Assembly: GCF_009914755.1 (NCBI RefSeq)
Contig: NC_060927.1
Length of the DNA stretch: 64,000 nt
Source: the human T2T-CHM13v2.0 reference genome, Homo sapiens
Reading direction: 5' to 3' (one strand)
Shown here: positions 14,841 through 26,297 of the stretch, in pieces
Layout: every line of letters starts with the position of its first letter
How positions within the stretch are numbered: position 1 is the stretch's first letter
The notes under the pieces: model-generated
What the model was told of the DNA's origin: nothing
The model's input: only the letters and a program-made list of their open reading frames with translations
Database searches by the model: none
Program-made: the position numbers and the translations under genes

Positions 14841-15285
14841 ATGCTAATCTGCTCTTTTTTAAGTTACTATGTTCAAAATTATTAATGCAAATGTGAGGTT
14901 TTTAACATCATTTGAGAAGGAACATCATGTAACATTTGGTGGACTATCAGTCTAGAACTTTGGCTTTTATTCTGACCACAACACCACCTGAGTGACCCTT
15001 GTTATGCCCGTTAAAGTATTCTCCTTCAGACAATGTAGGAGATGTTCATGGATGTATAAGATTTGAAGAATCTCGCTTTCCAAGCCCCAAGATAATAGGA
15101 GTAAGACACTATGATGCAAGTGTGCCCTTTTAGTAGTGATAACTATAACTTCTGATGTTTCCAAAATGTGCCAGGGCCATATATTAAGAGAAAGTGGAAC
15201 AACGAGACCAAGAAGCGGCTTAGGAAGAAGTACCCTGAACCATGTTATAAATAGACAAGCAAACAAACAACACATTCATACACAG

Positions 15286-15378
15286 TGATAGATGATAGAC
15301 AGGTGATAGATGACAGATAGATAGATAGATAGATAGATAGACAGACAGATAGATAAATGACAGATAGAAGATAGATAT
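15286..15378 (+). repeat. (GATA)n/(GACA)n tetranucleotide microsatellite
   Basis: Directly visible. Confidence 0.95.
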
Positions 15379-15916
15379 CCATCTTCTGTTTCATTTCATT
15401 TATTGTCTTTTTAATTCCAAAAGTATTTATTGATTGTCTACTCTGCTTTCAATGTGCCAGTATTGTTCTAAGCACTGGGAATACAGATGATTTTAGTTAA
15501 ATACAGACATATGTAATAACTATAAGATATCTGAATGTAAATATAAACTAACATATATTTTCTGTATTTTAATGATATTTTAAAATCCAGCTTATCTATA
15601 TAAGGGTCAATGTATGAAGACATTGAAAATATGTATGAAGTATTTTCATTTAAGAAATAGTTATTAAATGCACAGTACGTCTCAGGTATATTACTAGCTT
15701 GTGGGAGTACAAGAATAAATAAACTCGAATATAAAATATGTAATATACCCAGAATATTTGGCCAGAAAACTACTTTAAGCAATTTAAATGACTAATAATT
15801 TGGAATTAATTACCATTAATTAGTTTTTTATTCATTTAATTATGCAATTTGTTAAGAAATTAGTATTTGGGCAGAGGAGGTAGAGAAGTCATTTGAGAAC
15901 AGAACAGGAAGATACC

Positions 15917-16389
15917 TGAGAGAAAACATAATTTCTCTTATTTCTCATTTTAGGTTCTTAGTCGAGACACTTTTCAGATGTCAAATTATCAAAAGAAAAA
16001 TATGCAGTTTATTAATGCCTGCTATACTCATCACATGGGAGAGACCTTGGTTCAAAATTATTTCTATCTAAAGAAAGTGGCTTAGGGGCTTTGCTTAAAT
16101 AGTATTTTCACAAGGAGCCATAAACCCTAAATAGTAGCAAGACAAAGCAAAGAGCAGTTCTAGTATTTTAAAAGGTGTGAAATTGTGGTAAGATAGTAAA
16201 ATCTGTTTCCAGGTTCCTCTGGTGCCTGCTGGTGCCTTCTCTGGGCCAATAAGCAAGTGCTCTTTCCAGTAAGGAAGGATAGATTCCTGCTACCAGGCAA
16301 ATAGAGGCGGAGGCAGAGTGTTTCTCTGTTTTAGTGTTTTAACTTAAAAATACTCAATATTTAGGGATAAATATTTTGGTTTCCTTTAG
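15917..16389 (-). mobile_element. MER34/MER39-group ERV1 3' LTR
   Basis: Reverse complement begins TAAAGGAAACCAAAATATTTATCCCTAAATAT; AATAAA near 16010; contiguous with the internal region. Confidence 0.6.
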
Positions 16390-16435
16390 TCTCTTCTTTG
16401 AAACTTTACTTTCAAAAAGTTTAACATATTAAAGT

Positions 16436-17302
16436 TTCACTGTTTCACCTGTAGCTCCTACCACAGTGCCTAGCACATAGTAGATGTTCAATATATATTT
16501 GTTTAATAAATAAATGACTTTACAAAACACAAATAAATGACTTTACAAAACATTTTTGTAATTTTTTGTTTAGTAAATAAATGACTAAACAAAATTAATT
16601 TAATAAATAAAAAAATTATACAAAAAATTTTATTCAAAAGAGAAAGGCAAATTCTACCTTTGTATTAGTTGTATTAATATTAAACCTAATTTTCATAAAA
16701 CTTTCTAAACTAATATACCTAATCTCAATTAGCTTTGACCACATGATATTTCTATAAACTTTCTATAATCTTTTAGATTTTATCTTCTTTCTTTCTCCAA
16801 CTTTCTATGTCCATTTAGTTTACCTATCTCATTTTTTTGTTTCATATTTTGTGAAAACAACTTTGAAATAATTTTTCAACGAGACAAAATCATTTTTGAA
16901 ACAAAAGCATGTTCTCATACTTCATAATCTCATTAATAAAAAATCTTGCCTTCCATGTATACTCTGTATACAGAATTGAGTCGTTTTTTAATCTCCCTAA
17001 TTAGTTACTATATATTAGTAAGAATTTTACTATTATTAACCTTAATTCATAGCAAAAATCTAAGAAGTATGAAATTTTTATCTGTCAGTTACATGCCAAC
17101 AGTTTATGAATACACATTTTATGACTTTAAAAAATAGATTTCAAATGAAACAATTTTTCCGTGGAACAGAACATATTTACTAATAGAAATAAATATGTTT
17201 TGTTTTTCTAAAATAATAAATCAAAAGTATACAAGTTTAAACTCATATTTAATAACTAATATCATAGCATATCTTAGTTGGAAAGGATCTAGATTTTCAA
17301 TA
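16436..17302 (+). repeat. Copy of ~870-bp direct duplication (derived copy)
   Basis: Near-identical to 20811-21681; roughly 15 differences by eye. Confidence 0.95.
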
Positions 17303-19487
17303 TGTTGGTAGATTTAGAGAAATTTGGGTTTGAGATGTTTAAGATAAGAGATTGGCAAAGTGGGAGAAAACATGGAACTAGAAGAAACAAAAAATTTGAG
17401 TACATTGTCCCATATCTCCTATTGAAACAGTACTTTAGTCTTGAAAATAGTCAATTCTGCTGAACAATTGTATCTCATTCCAGGAAGTGGTGTTGTATGT
17501 GGGTTTTCTTTAAAAGTAGTTCTCTATGTGGTATAGATAAACAGGTATTTAGTAAGAGGTATTTCTAAGGAAGCAAAAGAAAAAACAAAGGTTAACATCT
17601 GGAGCAGTCCACAAAACAGTCTCCGATTGTGGAAGTCAGTCAGCTGAAAAGATTTTGAGATTTGTGCTCTTAAGTATCTACAGTTGGAGTGAAAGTGAAC
17701 AGTGATAATCTGACAGATTTTCCTGGATTGTAGTTTGCATCATATGTCCCATTAAATTTTTTGTCCATAAATAAGTTGTGTTATTTCTCCAAAGTTTATA
17801 TCAAGTTGTCTAACCTTAGCTTGTAGGGCTTCAAGAAAAGCACAGCTTAAATTTCCAGTGATTTTAAGTTGGAAAGGAGGTGGGAGAAAAATTGGAGAAA
17901 TTAATCTGGTGAGTTGTAGCCAAATGTTGAAGTTAACTAAAAATTCAGTATTCAGTTTAGATAATACCAAAATTAAAATAAGCAAAAAAAAAAAAAAACA
18001 AAAAAAAAACAATGGACAGGGCAAGAATCTAAAAACAGGTGTACTATAGTTTTCTTCTGAAACATAATTTTTTCCTTACAATCACCCCCATTTTTACTAA
18101 ATGTATTTAATGTGAAGCCAATTTAGTTGTAAAATAAATTTTATTTAGCCTTAACACTTGGCCTGATTTTTTTGCATAAAGTACAGCAAAAATAATTATT
18201 GGTCATATAGCTTTTTGTTTTTATTCTGTTTTGCTAGATTTATCATAATAAATCTCAGATTATACTTTTAAAAGCCTCTCCAGGCTGTGAAACCAACCCG
18301 TGAACTCACCATCAGCTTTTACCTGTAATATCTGAGTGAATTCTTCTTTTTTGGAGCTTCCCTAAATATTTTGAGGTTCTTGGGCCTGTCATAAAGTGAC
18401 ATTCTTTTCTTAATATAAGGCTAGAAACCTTGTAAGGGAAATACGTAGATAAGGTACTAGGCTAGTTCTTCCAAGGAATTAAATGACTCCTTAAAGCTAA
18501 TGTTAATTTCTTAAAGTATTCTGGTCATATCTGAAAATATGCCATCCTAGTCAAAGCCTTGGTGATATAACCTGTGCTTCCAATTATCCTGCTACAAAAA
18601 AAAGCAAATTCACATTGAATTAATATAAATAAATGTATTGTCAAAAATTTAAGAATACATACAAACAGTTTCTTAATTTTGGAGCGATCAGATAGAAAAG
18701 TAAATGTTCCAATTTTGTTTAGAAAAGTATACTTTACCTAATTTTTCTAAGCTATAAATAGCATATAAAAAGAAAAAAAATCTTGTGACTCTAGAAAATA
18801 ATAGAATCAACAATGACTGAAGCAAATGGAAAAAATTTTTAAAAATTGTTTTAGTCCTCTATCAGTTTCATTGCATGGAATTAATTCTTGATCTGCTTGA
18901 TGTTGTGTTAGCAATCTCTATAAACCCATCAGTTTTTTTTAATTAGAAGTTTGGAAGCTTTTATCTAGTTCTATGGTGTGAACTCCAGAGTTATTAGAAA
19001 CTTGTACTTAAGAGTACATGTTATGGTCCCTTTCTATGAATTTCCTTGTAGCCAATTACAAACCATCCTTTCTTGGACAACAAAAGTAAAATAATACTTG
19101 TTTGTGGACGACTAAAGGTTTGGAATAGCCATAGTTAAAGATGTAATTCACAAAATTATTTCTGTGGCATACAAAAATTTAACATAATACTCAGAATTAT
19201 GACTGATCACATATACCAAGACACATAATATTTTTTATAAATCTTATACAATTTGGAACACAGATTAACAACACATTTATACAAACTTAACTCAAAGAAG
19301 GAACATTATTTCCAATTTGACAATCCTACCCACATAATTTAACATATCAAATAAGCCTAATATTGTCTCTCTTGGACTTCTAGATGTCCTTTTTTTTTTT
19401 TTTTTTTTGGAGATCTAACAGTTAGTTTGAGGTTAAAAAGACAATTTAGAATTTGAAATTTGATTTTAGGAAGCCTGTCAAATATGT

Positions 19488-20107
19488 CAAAGGTTTAAAA
19501 TACTTGATCAAAATAGGATCACAGGTTCAGTCAAAAAGGCAATTAAAAGATTTCAACAAGTAAAAACCTTTATTCTTTGATGGGGAGATGTCTCAATTTT
19601 CCAAACAAAAGACCTAATAAAGATAGCATGAGGTAAAGTCTTCCCTCTCGTTTTTGCAGTTCACTCAAATGGCGAACCAGTCTTTTTAAATCCTTTATTA
19701 ATATTATACAATTTGCATAATATTAATATTTATCAATTAATTTATAATTAATTATTTTTAATTATATTGTATTGTAATTAATTCATTATAATTAATTATA
19801 ATTAAATGTAATTACTTTATAATGAATTAATTGATTAATTTATTCATATTATTAATGTTAATATTATACAATTTGTATAATATCGATATAATATTAATAA
19901 AGGATTTTAAAAGACTGATTCACCATTTGAGTGAACTGTAAAAACGAGAGGCTAAGACTTACCTCATGCTGTCTTTATTAGGTCTTTTGTTTGGAAAATT
20001 GAGACGTCTCCCCATCAAAGAAGAAAGGTTTTTACTTGTTGAAATCTTTTAATTGCCTCTGTGACTGAACCTGTGATCCTATTTTCATCAAGTATTTTAA
20101 ACCTTTG
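19488..20107. repeat. Inverted repeat: ~220-bp arms (19488-19708 / 19887-20107) with AT-rich spacer
   Basis: CAAAGGTTTAAAATACTTGAT...CCTTTATTAATATTATA is the reverse complement of TATAATATTAATAAAGG...ATCAAGTATTTTAAACCTTTG; about a dozen differences by eye. Confidence 0.95.
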
Positions 20108-20267
20108 GGGTGGGGGGAGGGGGGAGGGATAGCATTAGGAGATATACCTAATGTAAATGAGGAGTTAATGGGTGCAGCACACCAACATGGCACATGTATA
20201 CATATGTAACGAATCTGCATGTTGTGCACATGTACTCTAGAACTTAAAGTATAATAATAAAAAAAAA
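20107..20267 (+). mobile_element. L1PA (primate-specific, non-Ta) extreme 3' end
   Basis: GGGGTGGGGGGAGGGGGGAGGGATAGCATTAGGAGATATACCTAATG...AGAACTTAAAGTATAATAATAAAAAAAAA. Confidence 0.95.
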
Positions 20268-20378
20268 GAAATGCAGGATTTTGTGGTCCTACAGACTTGT
20301 GGGATCAAATCTGCATTTTAAGAAGATCTCTAGGTTTTTTTTTTTTTTTCTGCATATGACAGTTTAAGAAACACTAAT
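20268..20378. mobile_element. MER5-type hAT fragment
   Basis: AAATGCAGGATT...AATCTGCATTTTAAGAAGATCTCTAGGT...AGTTTAAGAAACACT; begins mid-element directly after the L1 tail. Confidence 0.6.
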
Positions 20379-20764
20379 GTTAAGAGCCACCATCTGAACA
20401 ATGGTTAGCTTTGTGGATAAGATGTAGTGTTAAGTTGTTATCTGTCTTATACATCAGACTTTGAGAGTTAGGTTTTCAAACCTTAATATATTCCTTTCTC
20501 TTACTGTAGAAGGAGAACTATAAAATCCTATTTTGTCTTAAATAATTCTCATATTACTCCATGTGTGTAACCTAACCTTCTCAGCCAAGCTATAGGGCAA
20601 CAATCATATCAAAATAAATGATTCCACCTTTATCGGGTACAGAATGCATTTAAGCCACTGTTTCTGACATTAAGGAGGTGGTGTTAGAGAGACGTATAGG
20701 TAATTTCCTTGCCAACAGTACATATTTGTTTGGCTTTTGTTTATCTGTGTCACTTGTTTCTTGT

Positions 20765-20892
20765 CTCTTATTGTCACTGGACTGTTACCTTCTACGGGGC
20801 ATAGATCCTGTTCACTGTTTCACCTGTAGCTCCTACCACAGTGCCTAGCACATAGTAGATGTTCAATATATATTTGTTTAATAAATAAATGA
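20765..20892 (+). mobile_element. L2 3' end
   Basis: CCTACCACAGTGCCTAGCACATAGTAGATGTTCAATATATATTTGTTTAATAAATAAATGA. Confidence 0.85.
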
Positions 20893-21681
20893 CTTTACAA
20901 AACATAAATGACTTTACAAAACATTTTTGTAACTTTTTGTTTAGTAAATAAATGACTAAACAAAATTAATTTAATAAATAACAAATTATACAAAAAATTT
21001 TATTCAAAAGAGAAAGGCAAATTCTACCTTTGTATTAGTTGTATTAATATTAAACCTAATTTTCATAAAACTTTCTAAACTAATATACCTAATCTCAATT
21101 AGCTTTGACCACATGATATTTCTATAAACTTTCTATAATCTTTTAGATTTTATTTTCTTTCTTTCTCCAACTTTCTATGTCCATTTAGTTTACCTATCTC
21201 ATTTTTTTGTTTCATATTTTGTGAAAACAACTTTGAAATAATTTTTCAACTAGACAAAATCGTTTTTGAAACAAAAGCATGTTCTCATACTTCATAATCT
21301 CATTAATAAAAAATCTTGCTTTCCATGTATACTCTGTATACAGAATTGAGTCGTTTTTTTAATCTCCCTAATTAGTTACTATATATTAGTAAGAATTTTA
21401 CTATTATTAACCTTAATTCATAGCAAAAATCTAAGAAGTATGAAATTTTTATCTGTCAGTTACATGCCAACAATTTATGAATACACATTTTATGACTTTA
21501 AAAAATAGAAGATTTCAAATGAAACAATTTTTCAACATGAAACAGAACATATTTACTAATAGAAATAAATATGTTTTGTTTTTCTAAAATAATAAATCAA
21601 AAGTATACAAGTTTAAACTCATATTTAATAACTAATATCATAGCATTATATCTTACTTGGAAAGGATCTAGATGTTCAATA
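20811..21681 (+). repeat. Copy of ~870-bp direct duplication (source copy)
   Basis: Near-identical to 16436-17302 and continuous with its own flanks (L2 upstream, ERV internal downstream). Confidence 0.95.
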
Positions 21682-22311
21682 ACTATTCATTATTTAATTT
21701 ATTTTAGCAAAATTTAGAAGGGTGTAGTTACCAAAAACATTTGAGAAACCTTTTTAAGTAAATACATTATAAAACCTAATTATTATTAAAAGTTTATCTA
21801 TAAACTTGTATCTCATTTACAGCTATTTATTTAATTTTAATAATTATGTTTGGAAAAATTTTATACGACACTAAACAAATCTAGCCATAATCTCAAATTA
21901 AATTTTCTATTCTACATATTTATATGTCTGTTAGGGAAGTATCATAATAGCAAGAACCTTAAATTTACATATAAACTTTTCTGATAGCTCAAAAGACATA
22001 GTTATTTTTATTAAACCAACAATATTAAAAATTATATTTATTGAAAAATTTATTTACGTCATGTAAAAGATTTGAGCTCATTTATTTAATTTATGACTAC
22101 TTCTTTCAGTTAATTTGGTACCATATAGATAATATTAAAATATACGTATAGACATATACATACAGGTAGAGACAGCATGTAACATACATATGTACCTGTT
22201 TATGTATCCCAAAGCCAAAGAGATGAAAAAGTTCGATGCAAAGGAGCGTAGAGTTTAGGTTTGAGAGGAATCTGTCCACTCACATCTCGTGGGACTCCAT
22301 GAGGAAAAACA

Positions 22312-22470
22312 GAGATTCCTCCCAAGGAGAGGCACCTGAGATTCCTCCCAAGGACAGGCACCTGAGATTCCTCCCAAGGAGCGGCACCTCGGATTCCTCC
22401 CAAGGACAGGCACCTGAGATTCCTCCCAAGGAGAGGCACCTGAGATTCCTCCCAAGGAGAGGCACCTGAG
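22312..22470 (+). repeat. 26-bp minisatellite, 6 copies
   Basis: Unit GAGATTCCTCCCAAGGA(G/C)AGGCACCT repeated head to tail with no spacers. Confidence 0.95.
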
Positions 22471-22689
22471 GCACTTCTGTTTTCTCAAGGCACCCCAAGG
22501 CTGTTAATCTTTAGGTCCCCTCATATGGCAGCACAGGTGGCAAGAGGAGAGACAGAAGTAAATGAAAAAACATGTATTTGAGGCAAAAGTCACCTCACCA
22601 AGAGGAGGAACAGATATTTGGAGGAGTTTTAAAAAGACAGGAATTCAGTCAACTTAGAAGTCTTTATGGAGAGAGAGCAGAGGCCTTAA

Positions 22690-23335
22690 AAATATATATT
22701 ATATATATTTATATTTTTATATTTTATATATTCTATAATTATATATTATATTATTACATAATATATATTCTATAATTATATATTATATTATTATATAATA
22801 TATATTCTATATTTATATTTGTAATTATAATTAAATTTTATATTTAGTTCATTTTTATATAATTTTGTATTATATTATGTAATATATATTTATAGTTATA
22901 ATTAAATTTTATATTTAATTTACATTTTTATAATTGTATTTTTTATAATTTTAATTTAATTTTCCTAATTAAATTATATATTCCCCAAATTAAATATATA
23001 TTTATATATTTTAAAATATATACACACATATGTGGGTGTGTTTATGTATGTACACATATATACATATATAAAGCATATATACACATATAATTGAAAGTTG
23101 ACATTTAGGCTATTTATATGTGTCTGTGTGTATACATGTGTGTGTATGTGTGTGTATAGGTATGTGTGTACATGTATGTGTATATATGTATAATATGTGT
23201 CTGTGTGTATATGTGTGTTTATACATATGTGTATGTATGTGTATCTGTATATATGTGTATATATGTACATGTGTGCATATTTGTGTATATATATATGTGT
23301 ATACACACACACACAGAAACACACACGCACACAAT
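22690..23335. repeat. AT-rich low-complexity tract followed by (TG/TA/CA)n
   Basis: Directly visible. Confidence 0.9.
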
Positions 23336-23564
23336 ATTTAGCCTAAATGTCAGCTTTCAATTAAGTCAAGTTTTGACTATAGAGCTCCTAAAATTCTTTT
23401 TAGCTGGAAAAAATAGCAAACATTCATGATTTTGGCTTTTCCTTTCAGAAATTTCACTCTATTTCAAATCTGACTTCAGCTGGCTGCTTAGCTAAGTCCT
23501 GAGATGCTAAGATTTCAAGTCATGGTTAAGATTGACATCTCCAAGGGACTGAAAATACCCTCTA

Positions 23565-23954
<390 letters not shown>

Positions 23955-26016
23955 TCAAAACCAGTAAGCCTTTTTATGGCTTATAATCGAATGAAAGAAT
24001 TAGATTTCCAAAGAGCGTGCAAAAATGTAATCCCCAAGATCTGAAGTTTCTTCCAAAAATGGAAGATAAAGTAAAGATCCTCATTATTAGCAAGGCAGGA
24101 AGGCTGAAGCAAGACAAATTCCTGAGAACTGACATATTTGGACAAATGGACATTTCATACCTGCAGGTGCATTCCCCACCTGGTTGCCTGACATAAGCTC
24201 TACAATTTGTGCTCTCCAGGGTGGCAGAGACCAGAGAATCAATTCACCGTTTACAAAGTCAAGCTTTTCAAGAAATAAAACAGGAGGAAAAGCGAACTTA
24301 TGATTTTCCTCTTTATGAAAAACCACACAAAGAGACAGAGAAAATGAAAACAAGGACTATATTTGGAAAATTAGAGATCAATAACCCAACAGACACTAAC
24401 AACAAATCCACAAGAATCACAAATCCAAAGAACTATTTTTTTTATAAATGTTTTTCCCATATCAGTTTGAACCTGGAAAGGAAGGGACAAGCAAAAATGT
24501 TAACCATCCTCTCTCAACCAGGAGCCACAGGTAGAAGTCTGGGAGAAGCTGAATTTGGTAAGGAATTTTACCCATTTTTGCTGGTTTTTGCCAGTTTTCT
24601 CTTAGGATTTCATTTCTCTTAGGTCTCATTTAGGATGTTTATACATTTTGACTTTCGTGAATAGTACTGCAATGTGTAAGCTTCTTGAAAGCATAAAATT
24701 TTCTTTAGTCGTTGCTATAACTTCATAACTTAGAATAACACTTAATATACAAAAGTCAATCCATAGCATATTTTTAATATATAGAAGAAAGCAGACCATT
24801 ACAGATTATGTATTGAACAATGCTTTCAGATTAATAAAATGCATATAGTAGAATACAAAAAAATATATAAAATGATGTCAGTTTTGAGATCAGTATTCGG
24901 TTATACTGTACATGTAGTTTTTTTGGAACAATGAATTTAAAATATGGTAGAAGTGATTCATTCTCTTAAAAAAACAGAACAAGTAATTCAAAAAGTGAAA
25001 ATACAGAAGCCAAATACCAACCAAATCACCAACATCCACTGAATTGCTTTCCTCAACAATATAGTCACACTTTTCATCCGTTCTGTTTGTAGTTTGCCTA
25101 TTTTATCTAGATTTTAAGCTCTTGTTCTAGTGTCTATATTCGTTAATAACTTTGTGCATACTGTTATCTATATTATCTGTTATAGTGTAATATGTTAATT
25201 ACCTGGAGTTATGTTTTCTTACAGACTGAATTCTTTACCTACATGCCACATTGTTTTCTTTCACTGTTTTAGGAGAACATATTTGTAATTATTAATAATG
25301 CTTAGTGTCGTCTTTATGGTTAAGTTTTGTGGATAGCTTTGTCCAGAACTTCCCATTTTACTCTGATTTAGTGTGGCTGAATTCTTCTTGACACCTTTCC
25401 CACTTGATTAAGATCAGTTTACTTTTCAGCATTGAGCTAGAGTTTGAAAACTTAGTCTTGCTTTACATTCATTTTTTTTTTTTCTGAAACACAAAAGCAT
25501 GAGGGATTGGAAAGAAACGGAACTGAGCCTCTCTCTGGGCACGGGTTTCTGGGCTTTGTATTCTCCTGGGTCCTAATAAATGACCACTGGGATTCATTCC
25601 ATATAGCCAAAGACATGAAAACGTTTGAGACCTTTATTGTTCCACCAACATCTACTTAACGCATTTATTTTTTATTCTCTCCAAATTAAAACCTATAATT
25701 GAAAATTCGAAATACTCTTTCAACTCAACCTCTCTGCATCAGAAAACTGGGGTGTTATAAAAAAAAACTCATGCAACTCATTATTAAACCACACAGTTGG
25801 CTCTTTCATAAAGTACGTTCAAACCCATTTTCTCTTTTTATTGTTGCTGGTAAACTATTTTCTCTAATTTTTTTGTTATTTGTTAAATTATGAGGGTGTT
25901 TTCTCTGATTTTTGAAAGTTTTCTCTGTATTAATACATTTAGTTTCTTAAACTATAAAATTGGGGTTATAACAATATTTATTTCATAGTCTTGTTTTGGA
26001 TATTACTTAAGAAAAG

Positions 26017-26297
26017 GAGCCAGATGCAGTGGCTCATGCCTGAAATCCCAACACTTTGGGAGGCTGAAGTGGGCAGATCACTTGATCTCAGGAGTTCGAG
26101 ACCAGCCTCAGAAATATGGTGAAACCCTGTCTCTACTAAAAATACAGAAATTAGCCATGCATGGTGGCAAGTGCCTATAGTCCCAGCTACTTGGGAGGCT
26201 GAGGTGAGAGGATCACCTGAGCCCAGAATGTCGAGGCTACAGTTGAGCGAATATTGTGACAATGCACTCCAGTCTGGGCAACTGGAGTGAGATGTCA
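26017..26297 (+). mobile_element. AluJ-like SINE lacking poly(A) tail
   Basis: Diverged dimer with GAGGATCACCTGAGCCCAG right-arm signature. Confidence 0.88.

Noticed and set aside
22312-22470. CRISPR-like repeat array
   Set aside because: Units are head to tail with no unique spacers, in a eukaryotic context with no cas genes; it is a minisatellite.
22974-23429. His/Tyr/Cys/Val-rich ORFs
   Set aside because: Translations of TG/TA/CA dinucleotide repeats.
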